Assembly: GCA_905480645.1 (NCBI GenBank)
Contig: CAJQRC010000001.1
Coordinates: forward strand, 10,437-74,436
Direction of reading: 5' to 3'
Source: an uncultured Tateyamaria sp.
Lineage (GTDB): Bacteria > Pseudomonadota > Alphaproteobacteria > Rhodobacterales > Rhodobacteraceae
Length of the DNA: 64,000 nt
Of this stretch, positions 1 through 9,371 are shown piece after piece. The position numbers were made by a program, and so were the translations under genes. Under the pieces are notes generated by a model. It saw only the letters and a program-made list of their open reading frames with translations. It was not told where the DNA came from and did not search any database. Position 1 is the stretch's first letter. Each line of letters begins with the position of its first letter.

Positions 1-1471
1 GGGCAGCTTTCGCAGCATTAATAATTTCTCCATGTGTGGCTCCGTCAAGACCATAAGCAATATTATAGCCGATGGTATCGTTGAAAAGCACTGTATCTTG
101 CGGCACAACGCCAATAGAAGCGTGCAAACTTTCCAACGTGACGTCACGCACATCCTGTCCATCGATAGACAATGCACCGCTTTCCACATCATAAAAACGG
201 AATAATAGACGTCCAATAGTAGACTTACCTGATCCGGTTGACCCAACAATTGCAACCATTTCGCCAGGCTCAGCGATAAATGATATGCCTTTCAGGATTG
301 GTCTTGCTTTGTCATAACTAAAATAAACGTCGTTTAATGATACCTGCCCACCTTTTATATGTAATGGTCTCGCATTTGGTGCATCTACCACCTCAGCCGG
401 TTGTTCTAGCAAGTTAAACATTTCCCCCATATCTACGAGAGCCTGCCTAATTTCTCGGTAAACTGTTCCTAAAAAATTTAGAGGCATAGTGATCTGGATC
501 ATATAAGCGTTAACCATAACAAAATCACCGACCGTCAAAAGTTCTTGCTGCACACCAATTGCAGCCATTACCATAACACCAACCAGCCCTGCAGTGATAA
601 TGATTGCCTGACCAAAGTTTAAAAAAGCTAATGAATAACTAGTTTTGAGTGCAGCCGCTTCATAAAGTTCCATAGCGCTATCATATCGAGCTGCCTCGCG
701 ATTTTCAGCTCCAAAATATTTAACAGTTTCAAAATTTAACAAGCTATCAACTGCTTTTTGATTGGCATCAGTGTCCTGATCATTCATCTCGCGTCTTAAC
801 TTTACGCGCCATTCAGTTATGGCAAAGGTAAACCAGACGTATAAGCCAATTGTTACAGCGACAACTAAGAGATAAGACACATCAAACATAATCGTCAGGA
901 TTATCCCGATGAGAAGGAGTTCCAGCACCAGTGGACCAATGGAGAATAATAAGAAGCGAAGTAGAAAATCGACGCCTTTCACGCCCCGTTCGATAATTCT
1001 GCTCAAACCACCAGTTTTACGCGTGATATGATATCGCATAGATAAACGGTGGATATGATCAAATGTTTCAAGCGCTAACATTCTCAAAGCGCGTTGCCCA
1101 ACACGTGCAAAGACCGCATCTCGCACCTGTTGAAAACCAATATTCATAAGGCGCGCAACACCATAAGCAATTGTTAGGCCAACTGCGCCCAGCATAAGTT
1201 TTGATGCACCATCTCCTGCCAAAGCGTCAACTGCATCGCGATATAATAGGGGTGTACCAACCGAAATTAGCTTGGATAACAACAATGCTAGCATAGCTAA
1301 TACAACACGTTTCTTCACCCAGGGCATATTTTGCGGCCAGAGGTATGGAACAACTTTCCGGATTGTATACATACCTGAGCTGTGCCCATCTAATGCATCT
1401 TTATCTGCACCTTCAAGTTGCGAGCTAGCATGGATATTGGAGGCCGCTGGAGCGGTTTTATCAGCGGGCAT
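1..1471 (-). CDS. ABC transporter, fused permease/ATP-binding protein, Atm1/ABCB7-like; C-terminus runs off the window start
   Basis: My translation of the minus strand from ATG 1471 gives MPADKTAPAAS...VVPYLWPQNMPWVKKRVVLAMLALLLSKLISVGTPLLYRDAVDAL..., then a multi-TM exporter domain and Walker A VAIVGSTGSGKST. It is absent from the ORF track because there is no stop inside the window. Confidence 0.85.
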   Translation of the reverse strand, partial: MPADKTAPAASNIHASSQLEGADKDALDGHSSGMYTIRKVVPYLWPQNMPWVKKRVVLAMLALLLSKLISVGTPLLYRDAVDALAGDGASKLMLGAVGLTIAYGVARLMNIGFQQVRDAVFARVGQRALRMLALETFDHIHRLSMRYHITRKTGGLSRIIERGVKGVDFLLRFLLFSIGPLVLELLLIGIILTIMFDVSYLLVVAVTIGLYVWFTFAITEWRVKLRREMNDQDTDANQKAVDSLLNFETVKYFGAENREAARYDSAMELYEAAALKTSYSLAFLNFGQAIIITAGLVGVMVMAAIGVQQELLTVGDFVMVNAYMIQITMPLNFLGTVYREIRQALVDMGEMFNLLEQPAEVVDAPNARPLHIKGGQVSLNDVYFSYDKARPILKGISFIAEPGEMVAIVGSTGSGKSTIGRLLFRFYDVESGALSIDGQDVRDVTLESLHASIGVVPQDTVLFNDTIGYNIAYGLDGATHGEIINAAKAA

Positions 1472-1550
1472 AAAAAAGTATCCTAGTTACAAAGGACAAA
1501 AGATAGGATCATACAAACACAGGCAGTCTGTATAATATGAATTTATTGCT

Positions 1551-3011
1551 TTAATCTGGCACAGCAAAGACCTGCCCTGGATAAATTAGATCCGGGTGAC
1601 CAATTAAATGCTTGTTAGCCTTGTGAATATGAACATAAAGAATACCTTCGCCGTAACGCTCTCGAGCAATCGCCCATAGAGTATGTCCAGTCTGAACCGT
1701 ATGTGTACCTGATCCAGAAGAGGTCTTAACCTCTGCTAAAACCTCAGGGTCTTCCCGTTTGAAAGGTGTTTCAACGCTACTAACCAAACCTCCCGAACCA
1801 TCTATTTCATCCACCCTCAGGGTGTAAACTCCTGTGTCTATACTAGGCAAATTTCCGCGCCATCGGCCTTTACTGTCTACCGCCATCTCTATGATGGGTT
1901 GGTTGTTAATATAGACCCTAACGACATCAGAGTCTGATTGCGCTCGACCAGTCAATTGAACATCACCATTATTTGAATAGCCTATTGTATCAATCGCAAT
2001 ATCTTCCAGCCCTCCCAGACTTGGTCCCATCATTTCCACACCGTTTTTTGTAGACTTTAATACAACAACTGATTGCTGTTCTACTGACGTGTCAATGACC
2101 GGCTCGGATATTCGCAACGTTCCAGTGTTTAACATCTGGACCTCATTTCTGGCCACATCTTCTGAAAGAACAGCCCCAGCGCCCGAAGCCGCTTCAGCCA
2201 CAGGGGGTTTATCCGCGTCTTTATCATCTGGAAGAATTTTCACAATTTCAGGCTCAACTTCTACCTGCATTGATAGCGAAGAAACACTCTCTGGAGATTT
2301 TGTTGATAACGCTGGTTTGTCGTTCGTCACAGTAGTGGTTGGTTGCTCAGTAAAAGTCGTTTTATCCTCTGAGAGTTCATTAATTACTGCCAAACTATCC
2401 ACAACGTTGCTTGAGGTCGTTGTGTAGTCTTCGGGTTCTTTTACTTCTGTCGTATTATCAACAACATCACTTGAGATAGCTATATCTTCTTCATTTGCAT
2501 CTTGTTCAGCAACACTTTCAACCAGAGCAACAGGCGACGAAATAGGCGCAAGGATAATCTCATCCAAAGAAACAACAACTTCGTCACCCAAAGTTTGCAC
2601 AATAGTCAAAACTTGAGCATTTGTCTTGGGCTGGATTGACATTATCGCCGCAAAATTTCCTTCATTATCAACGGTCACACTGATGTTTTCAACACCGTCA
2701 ATAAAAATGGAAACTTTACTGCCTGGTGATGCCCGACCAGCCAGAATAGTTAGTCCATCAGCCTCAAAACGAACCTCATCAATTGAGGGAGAGATTTCAC
2801 TTTTATCGCTTGGGGAAGCCTCATTATCTGGTTTGCCTGTGGTGACCTCGACCACGGGCTTGGAGGTTGCCGGAACCACCAGAGCAAGACCTGGTTTTTG
2901 CGCATTGCGGTTGTTGATATACAACCCCGCTCCAACCGCAGCTATGGCGAAAGCGACAGCGGCCACTACCATCATCGTATTTGAGCTGGTCCAAGCTGTC
3001 CATTTAGACAT
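1551..3011 (-). CDS. LysM peptidoglycan-binding domain protein, membrane anchored
   Basis: Track ORF 1551..3077. C-terminal LysM motif (HTVQTGHTLWAIARERYG...YPGQVF) and N-terminal TM helix (MMVVAAVAFAIAAVGAGLYI). I moved the start to ATG 3011 (MSKWTAW), which follows AGAGAGGAA. Confidence 0.85.
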   Translation of the reverse strand: MSKWTAWTSSNTMMVVAAVAFAIAAVGAGLYINNRNAQKPGLALVVPATSKPVVEVTTGKPDNEASPSDKSEISPSIDEVRFEADGLTILAGRASPGSKVSIFIDGVENISVTVDNEGNFAAIMSIQPKTNAQVLTIVQTLGDEVVVSLDEIILAPISSPVALVESVAEQDANEEDIAISSDVVDNTTEVKEPEDYTTTSSNVVDSLAVINELSEDKTTFTEQPTTTVTNDKPALSTKSPESVSSLSMQVEVEPEIVKILPDDKDADKPPVAEAASGAGAVLSEDVARNEVQMLNTGTLRISEPVIDTSVEQQSVVVLKSTKNGVEMMGPSLGGLEDIAIDTIGYSNNGDVQLTGRAQSDSDVVRVYINNQPIIEMAVDSKGRWRGNLPSIDTGVYTLRVDEIDGSGGLVSSVETPFKREDPEVLAEVKTSSGSGTHTVQTGHTLWAIARERYGEGILYVHIHKANKHLIGHPDLIYPGQVFAVPD

Positions 3012-3135
3012 TATATTCCTCTCTTTTGACCGGTTTTCTACGGGTTTGTTGCGTTTCCTTAGCAGGCACAGATGCAAGGGTCAAAACAACTGATCAAGAT
3101 AGCCATAACCTTATTAAACCATCAAGGAAATCAAT

Positions 3136-3703
3136 ATGCCTCAAAAATCTGGTTGCGTCTATTGCGCCGTATGAACTTAGGTAAAACCTTAAGATATAAA
3201 AGAAATTAAATTTTTAGGAACTGTCATTGCAGCAAAAACTTCGCAGCTGATTTATGGTGCTGGTGATATTGGGTTGTTAGGCGCAGTAGCACACGCAGCA
3301 TAAATAGCTATCAGGCGAATTTTTGAATAATTCCCCAAACACTTAGTTGACTGGGAGGTCGGTAAAACTGATTCAAGCCAATTCATCATTACTGAAATCA
3401 TTCATGAGCGCAAAAAAGTAATGTTTTTGAATTACGATGTGGTAGCCTTGTTAACTCGCGGAGCTCAATGATTGGATTATTTTTTGAAATTCTAACATGG
3501 CGACGACTCGGTCTACACGATAAACAGAAAGTTATACTGAATGCCAACGAGCCTGGACTCCTTTAGTAAGTTTGTTAAGTCACCTTGTGAAACGAGACTT
3601 TGTCAACGCGTCGCTACTTGAATACTTCGATACGGCCAGCCACTCAGCCAAAGCTCTATATTTCCTCTCGAACGGTTGGGTTTCCAAAAAACTTTTATTG
3701 TAA
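3136..3703 (+). pseudogene. Decayed LOG/TIGR00730-family (lysine-decarboxylase-like) gene
   Basis: The frame from ATG 3136 reads MPQKSGCVYCAV*T*VKP*..LIYGAGDIGLLGAVAHAA*..IIHERKKVMFLNYDVVALLTRGAQ*LDYFLKF*... After a frameshift near 3545 it reads AWTPLVSLLSHLVKRDFV.. to TAA 3701. This matches LOG hallmarks (CVYCGS, LVYGGGxxGLMG, MHERK, ALPGGxGTLEE, GYWxPL) but carries about 8 in-frame stops. Confidence 0.75.
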
Positions 3704-3809
3704 AAGCTCCCACACGGGCCGAGACATGTAGGAACTTATTTATAAGATACTACTAGGGTGGTAGCGCATCAAGCTTACCAACCCTAAATCGATGTTGATA
3801 GAGTAACAT

Positions 3810-4409
3810 TCACATGCGTGATGCAACGTTTTCCCAATTTACCAAATTATCTAAGAAATTAGTGAGATATGCTGGCCGCTTATTACGAAAATCGATGTAG
3901 TAAGAGTGCTCCCAAACATCACAACCCAATAGGGCTTTTTGTCCAAAGCATAATGGATTTACGCCATTTTCAGTCTTAGTCACTTTAAGACTGCCATCCG
4001 AGGCCATTACCAACCAAGCCCAGCCAGAGCCAAATTGTCCAGCGCCAGCCGCAGAGAACTCCACCTTGAAATTTTCAATCGAAACAAAATTTTCAATGAT
4101 TGCTTTTTCAAGCTCACTTGGCATCGCATCACCGCTAGGTCCCATCATCTCCCAAAACTGGTTATGATTCCAAAGTTGGCTGATGTTGTTAAATATACCA
4201 TTTTGGGCGACAGCGGTCTTATCATAGGTACCCAAGATAATTTCTTCGAGAGATTTTCCCTCCCAATCAGTGCCTTCAATTGCCTTGTTACCGTTGGTTA
4301 CGTAAGCATTATGATGCAAATCGTGGTGGTACTCCATAGTTTCAGCTGACATGCCCTTTGCAGCCAGAGCGTCGTGAGCATATGGAAGGTCAGGAAGTTC
4401 AAAAGCCAT
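3810..4409 (-). CDS. sodB: Fe/Mn-family superoxide dismutase
   Basis: Track ORF of 199 aa: MAFELPDLPYAHDALA...HHDLHHNAYV...DVWEHSYYIDFRNKRPAYL, the canonical Fe/Mn SOD signature. Confidence 0.95.
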   Translation of the reverse strand: MAFELPDLPYAHDALAAKGMSAETMEYHHDLHHNAYVTNGNKAIEGTDWEGKSLEEIILGTYDKTAVAQNGIFNNISQLWNHNQFWEMMGPSGDAMPSELEKAIIENFVSIENFKVEFSAAGAGQFGSGWAWLVMASDGSLKVTKTENGVNPLCFGQKALLGCDVWEHSYYIDFRNKRPAYLTNFLDNLVNWENVASRM

Positions 4410-4608
4410 TTCGGATCCTTATTATTTAATGATTATACATGGTACATGCGGCGCAACCCCTACAACGTCAAGGGTATGGTTACTCAAAAAGTAGGTTAGA
4501 ATTTTTCAACAGCGCATAAAATGCTAAAAGGTTGATTACTAATTATCAAATGAAACCCCAAATAACACAATTAAAATTTATTGGTGGGTGGAAAACCAAA
4601 TAAACGTT

Positions 4609-5178
4609 CTAAAAAACGTTTAAACCACTGCCTTTTTGCGCTGCTACTTTCAATAGAGTAAACACATATTGTGCATGACTCCTAAAACAAATAACATGTA
4701 CAACCTCATCAGCCGGCATCCAAAATGCCGCGGAAACTTGTGCCAATCGGCTCCTTCGGAACATACCATTCTGAAAAGCTTTAGGACTAATATCAACTGG
4801 TGCTAACTTAGCGATGACATCGCGCGCCATTGACCCAGACACACAAAAAATTGTTCGAGCATCAGAGATATCTGCCACAAGGGAGTGAGTTTTTAACAAT
4901 GATTTATTTAATTTAGCAAGGATTATCTCCACTGATGCATAAGGACAGAACAACAGCAATTCATCCGGCGACATCCAACACAATGCATACTCACCAACCT
5001 GATTGATCTCCGCCAAAACAGGTACTTCAAGCTTGGTTACGGCCAAAATCGCTTTTTTTAAAACCTTATCACTAAGGTCTCCGCGCACAGTAACCATTCC
5101 CTGCAACGGCATTTCAGTAACCTTTGCGATACCTTCCGAACGAGTTACTCCACCTAGGGCTGATACTTCATCAGACAT
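4609..5178 (-). CDS. soxG: Sarcosine oxidase subunit gamma
   Basis: Last gene of the sox cluster. I moved the start to ATG 5178 (MSDEVSALGG), which overlaps the soxA stop by a few nt. Size (~189 aa) and position are typical of SoxG. Confidence 0.85.
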   Translation of the reverse strand: MSDEVSALGGVTRSEGIAKVTEMPLQGMVTVRGDLSDKVLKKAILAVTKLEVPVLAEINQVGEYALCWMSPDELLLFCPYASVEIILAKLNKSLLKTHSLVADISDARTIFCVSGSMARDVIAKLAPVDISPKAFQNGMFRRSRLAQVSAAFWMPADEVVHVICFRSHAQYVFTLLKVAAQKGSGLNVF

Positions 5179-8100
5179 TCTGTTTTTCCCCCTCGGGATC
5201 ATAAAACACAGAATTAACAATTTTAGCCTGATAGGTTTTTCCGTCAGTTCCCGGAAAATCAATAATCTGGCCCATTCGATTGGGACCATCTATGACAAGA
5301 CCCATCGCAATCCCTTTATTCAAATTCGGCGAATGATATGATGATGTAACACGCCCTTGCACATTATTTTGTCCATTTGCATTTACGCCCTCAGCAACGG
5401 CATATGCTCCATCAGGCAAAACAGAACCGTCTAAAGTTTCGAGACCAACTAACTGCCATCGTTCTGGATTTGACATGTGGCTTCTAGCATGGGCGCGTTT
5501 GCCTATATAGTCCTCTTTCTTTTTTGATAGTGCCCAATGCAGTCCCAGGTCCTGTGGAATGACTGTCCCATCCGTTTCGTCGCCAATCATAATAAAGCCT
5601 TTTTCAGCCCTTAAAATATGCAAAGCCTCGGTGCCATACGGCATAATGCCCAAGTCTTTACCCGCCTTAATTAATGCATTCCAAAACGTCTGACCTTCAG
5701 AAGACCTTATCACGATTTCAAAACTTAATTCCCCTGAGAATGAAATTCGAAAAATACGCACATCAAATCCGCCCAATAAACCATCTGTCCATTCCATGAA
5801 CTTAAGCGCATCTTTGGATACATCCATACCGCTTAATCGTTCAAGAACTTGACGAGCATTTGGGCCCACCAAAGCGATTTGTGCAAATTGCTCAGTCACA
5901 TTAGCTACATATACATTCCAGTCCCACCATTCAGTTTGAAGCCATTCTTCCATGTGACCATAAATACTCTCTGCACCTCCAGTCGTTGTGTGGCACAAAA
6001 ATGTTTCTTCATTGATCCGAGCAACCACTCCATCGTCAATTAAAAAACCGTTTTCGTTACACATCAGCCCATAGCGACATTTGCCTGATTTTAATGTGCT
6101 CATCACATTGGTGTAGAGCATATCTAAGAACTTACCCGCATCTGGACCCTTCACCAATATTTTTCCTAATGTAGAGGCATCTAATAAACCAACATTTTCT
6201 CGCGTATTTTTGACCTCACGCATTACAGCATCTTGGATACTCTCACTTGGCTGTACGTACGCATAAGGTCGACGCCACTGCCCCACGGGCTCCCAGCTGG
6301 CGCCGTTAGCATCATGCCAATCATGCATGGGTGTTCTTCGGACAGGCTGAAACACTTCACCACGCGCTTCGCCGGCAATGGCACCTAAAGAAATAGGCGT
6401 GTAAGGTGGGCGAAATGTAGTCGTACCAGTCTGCGGAATTGGTTGGTTTAAAGCGTCTGATAAGATAGCCAGACCGTTTATGTTACTCAGCTTTCCTTGG
6501 TCGGTAGCCATGCCAAGTGTAGTGTAGCGTTTTGCATGTTCTACACTTTCAAAGCCTTCCTGCGCAGCCAACTGTACGTCGGTTACCTTCACGTCATTTT
6601 GATAATCGAGCCAAGATTTTGAGCGCAGCGCAAAGTTTGCGCCTTGCGGCATAAGCCAGACAGGCACCATCGGAGCCTCTTCGATGTAGGAGCCTTCCGG
6701 TGCACTGGCTCGTTTGCAAACAAATCCAGCAGCCTCTGCTGCTCCCTGTCCCATAGCGTGCGCGTCACCAATTAATTCCATTAGTCCAAAATGGCCATTA
6801 GCTGAACCAGCGGGACTCACAAAAGCCGTGCCATCAACACCTTTTGGTGCTTTGTCCACATCTGGGCGAAACATAGAGAAATTTTCATCCCAAATTAGTT
6901 TTCCACCACAATGGGACCAGAGATGGACAACGGGAGACCACCCTCCAGACATGGCTACCGTATCACACTCAATTTTTTCAAGCACGGTTCCTCTCCCTGC
7001 TTGTGAACAAACCTCAATAGCCGTTACGCGCTTGCCCCCCAAGACTTTGGATATTGCGTGTCCCATTAAAACACGGATGCCCACAGATTTTGCTTCAGCA
7101 ACCAGTGGACTATCGACAGCCAACATTCGGGCATCCAATATTGCCTGAACCACTAAACCAGATTTTTTAAGTATGATTGCAGTTCGATAAGCATCATCAT
7201 TATTCGTAACAATTACAGTGCGATCACCTACGCCAACACCGTAATTTACAACATAATCTCTCACAGCTGATGCTAACATTACACCGGGAACATCATTCCC
7301 CGAAAAGCTTAATGGACGTTCAATCGCACCAGTTGCCGTTACCACGTGCGACGCACGAATGCGCCACAATCGATGTCGCGGACCAGCATTATCACTCGTG
7401 TGATCGGTTAAACGCTCATATCCAAGAGCATAGCCATGATCGTAGATGCCAGCTCCTGTGGCGCGGTTACGAAGCGTAACGTTCTCTAGACTAGATAATT
7501 CAGTAAGGAGTTTATCCACCACATTATCCACAGGAGACCCATCAACCTCACCACCATCGACCAAAGCGCGCCCACCCCAATGCGCTGATTGTTCTAGTAC
7601 AATTACCCTAGCACCAGATTTTGCGGCTGCCTTAGCCGAATGCAGTCCAGCAATACCGCCCCCAATGACTAGTACATCACAAAACGCATAAAAATGTTCG
7701 TAGGTATCAGCGTCTCGATTTTTCGGCGCCTTACCTAAACCCGCAGCATGCCGGATAAATGGTTCATAAACATACTTCCAAAGAGGTCGTGGATGGATAA
7801 ACATTTTATAATAAAATCCAGCAGGCATGAAACGCGACAGCTTGGAATTAAGTGCGCCTAAATCAAACTCAAGACTGGGCCAATGGTTCTGGCTAGTGGC
7901 CAGAAGACCTTCAAAAAGCTCCGTTGTTGTTGCCCTTTGATTGGGTTCGAAATTTCCTTCAACACCAAGATTGACTAAGGCGTTGGGTTCTTCCACACCC
8001 GCAGCCACAATACCTCGTGGACGGTGATATTTAAACGAACGACCAACCAGAATTTGGCCATTTGCTAAAAGAGCCGAGGCAAGGGTATCACCCTCGTACC

Positions 8101-8185
8101 CTCTAAATTTTTTGCCGTTAAATGTAAAATTCACTGAACGTGCTTTGTTCAAAAGACGCCCATATGCGGAGAGGCGGGCGCTCAT
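5171..8185 (-). CDS. soxA: Sarcosine oxidase subunit alpha
   Basis: Track ORF of 1004 aa. N-terminal 2Fe-2S-like/NAD(FAD) domains (VLVIGGGIAGL) and a C-terminal GcvT-like folate-binding domain. Flanked by soxD and soxG. Confidence 0.95.
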   Translation of the reverse strand: MSARLSAYGRLLNKARSVNFTFNGKKFRGYEGDTLASALLANGQILVGRSFKYHRPRGIVAAGVEEPNALVNLGVEGNFEPNQRATTTELFEGLLATSQNHWPSLEFDLGALNSKLSRFMPAGFYYKMFIHPRPLWKYVYEPFIRHAAGLGKAPKNRDADTYEHFYAFCDVLVIGGGIAGLHSAKAAAKSGARVIVLEQSAHWGGRALVDGGEVDGSPVDNVVDKLLTELSSLENVTLRNRATGAGIYDHGYALGYERLTDHTSDNAGPRHRLWRIRASHVVTATGAIERPLSFSGNDVPGVMLASAVRDYVVNYGVGVGDRTVIVTNNDDAYRTAIILKKSGLVVQAILDARMLAVDSPLVAEAKSVGIRVLMGHAISKVLGGKRVTAIEVCSQAGRGTVLEKIECDTVAMSGGWSPVVHLWSHCGGKLIWDENFSMFRPDVDKAPKGVDGTAFVSPAGSANGHFGLMELIGDAHAMGQGAAEAAGFVCKRASAPEGSYIEEAPMVPVWLMPQGANFALRSKSWLDYQNDVKVTDVQLAAQEGFESVEHAKRYTTLGMATDQGKLSNINGLAILSDALNQPIPQTGTTTFRPPYTPISLGAIAGEARGEVFQPVRRTPMHDWHDANGASWEPVGQWRRPYAYVQPSESIQDAVMREVKNTRENVGLLDASTLGKILVKGPDAGKFLDMLYTNVMSTLKSGKCRYGLMCNENGFLIDDGVVARINEETFLCHTTTGGAESIYGHMEEWLQTEWWDWNVYVANVTEQFAQIALVGPNARQVLERLSGMDVSKDALKFMEWTDGLLGGFDVRIFRISFSGELSFEIVIRSSEGQTFWNALIKAGKDLGIMPYGTEALHILRAEKGFIMIGDETDGTVIPQDLGLHWALSKKKEDYIGKRAHARSHMSNPERWQLVGLETLDGSVLPDGAYAVAEGVNANGQNNVQGRVTSSYHSPNLNKGIAMGLVIDGPNRMGQIIDFPGTDGKTYQAKIVNSVFYDPEGEKQNV

Positions 8186-8258
8186 ATAAAATACACCTTA
8201 GGAGTAGCAAAGGTTTTAGACATCTCAGGCAACGCTAATGTGACGATTGTAAATTGTA

Positions 8259-8588
8259 TCATGGGTAAGTTCTCCAAGACCAACCTGGTCGTTTAGCGCT
8301 GATCTTATCACGCAATTCTTTGGGTGGTTTCACAGTTTGAGCGGAATAAGTTCCAAAAATTTCAAGTGTTGTTGTGCAGCGAGCTGCATGAAACCATTTT
8401 CCACAGCCATAAATATGGCGCCACCTTTCAAAATGCACGCCTTTAGGATTTTCCCTTACGAATAAGTATTCCTGAAAATCTTCGTCAGTGGAGCCAGGAC
8501 CGAAACGCTTAAGATGCGCCTCTCCACCGCTATGAAATTCAGTTTCTTCACTTTTTTGGCCACAGTACGGGCAGGTGAGGATTAGCAT
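8259..8588 (-). CDS. soxD: Sarcosine oxidase subunit delta
   Basis: MLILTCPYCGQKSEETEFHSGGEAHLKRF...FERWRHIYGCGKWFHAARCTTTLEI is the typical SoxD zinc-ribbon-like sequence. The start is taken at ATG 8588. Confidence 0.85.
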   Translation of the reverse strand: MLILTCPYCGQKSEETEFHSGGEAHLKRFGPGSTDEDFQEYLFVRENPKGVHFERWRHIYGCGKWFHAARCTTTLEIFGTYSAQTVKPPKELRDKISAKRPGWSWRTYP

Positions 8589-9370
8589 GAGTAGGCTCCA
8601 ATAAGTGGGGGAGACAGACAGCAAGGCTGCAACATAAAGGCCACAAACCCAATCATTTCGTTATGAGTTGGAACTCGGATTATAAAAAACGATAAAGCCA
8701 AAAAAAGTTTTGCTTTAATTAGAACAAATTTGTTGCGTCGTTTCACGGGGGTATTATTGTAACAATGAAACAGCTCATTGGTGATCGCAACAATTAAACC
8801 TAAATCGCGCGGTTTTTTTATATGATCTCTAAATGATCCAATTTTTTTTTGTAGTGCATTAAGTTTATTGTTCGAGCGGTAAATTTGAGTGAGAGGGAAA
8901 ATCTTATGAGTAAGGAAATGGGCGCTATTTTGGTTTTCGGCGTAATAATCGTTATCGCACTGACGATGTTTGCTTTGGAGCGCCGTGGAGCGGCCAAACG
9001 TAAGGCAGCTCGGGGTGGGCGCGAGATTGACGTAAGCGATTTGATTGCCTTTGGCTCGGCAGCGGGCGATGGCAAAAAAACAGAAGTTCCAAAGAGTTAA
9101 TTCTTCAACAGAAGAAATAATGCGCAGTTTAGTCTTATAAAAGCGCTGATCTGCATAAGGAAAACATGCTGAACCTCGAACATCAAATGCGATAATGCTC
9201 CACCTTTTACTTTTATTATACAATTCGTAGATAATAGCATGAAAAAGTAAAAATTCCAAAGATCTGACAACCACTTTCACGACAAAACTATTATTCAGGA
9301 CAAACACAACAAAACTAATAGTCATAAAAATATACTTAAAAATGCCAAAAATATAATACGACGTCAGCAT
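8582..9370 (-). CDS. Hypothetical 262-aa ORF of unrecognised family filling the soxB-soxD spacer (possible membrane protein; coding status uncertain)
   Basis: Part of track ORF 8582..9418. ATG 9370 lies 1 nt after the soxB TAA (TAAAATG), and its TAA 8584..8582 overlaps the soxD ATG (ATGCTAA). The frame stays open through ~0.78 kb of very AT-rich DNA. Hydrophobic N-terminus YYIFGIFKYIFMTISFVVFVL. No motif I recognise. Confidence 0.4.
   Translation of the reverse strand: MLTSYYIFGIFKYIFMTISFVVFVLNNSFVVKVVVRSLEFLLFHAIIYELYNKSKRWSIIAFDVRGSACFPYADQRFYKTKLRIISSVEELTLWNFCFFAIARCRAKGNQIAYVNLAPTPSCLTFGRSTALQSKHRQCDNDYYAENQNSAHFLTHKIFPLTQIYRSNNKLNALQKKIGSFRDHIKKPRDLGLIVAITNELFHCYNNTPVKRRNKFVLIKAKLFLALSFFIIRVPTHNEMIGFVAFMLQPCCLSPPLIGAYSC
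8906..9100 (+). CDS. Hypothetical 64-aa single-pass membrane protein, antisense to the sox operon
   Basis: ATG 8906 is preceded by GAGAGGGA. Sequence MSKEMGAILVFGVIIVIALTMFALERRGAAKRKAARGGREIDVSDLIAFGSAAGDGKKTEVPKS. By my count 30 of 64 codons start with G, a strong coding-like bias. It sits in the GC-rich core of the insertion. Confidence 0.45.
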   Translation: MSKEMGAILVFGVIIVIALTMFALERRGAAKRKAARGGREIDVSDLIAFGSAAGDGKKTEVPKS

Positions 9371-9371
9371 T

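Noticed and set aside
2626-3093. 155-aa plus-strand ORF (also 2089..2427) opposite the LysM gene
   Set aside because: It lies fully inside a well-supported minus-strand gene. The composition is low-complexity Ser/Thr/Ala, typical of a shadow frame.
8818-9075. Third ORF (85 aa, minus strand, different frame) inside the sox insertion
   Set aside because: It is short, has no RBS and a Pro/Ala/Arg-rich low-complexity translation. It is explained by the GC-rich core and adds nothing beyond the two frames already reported.
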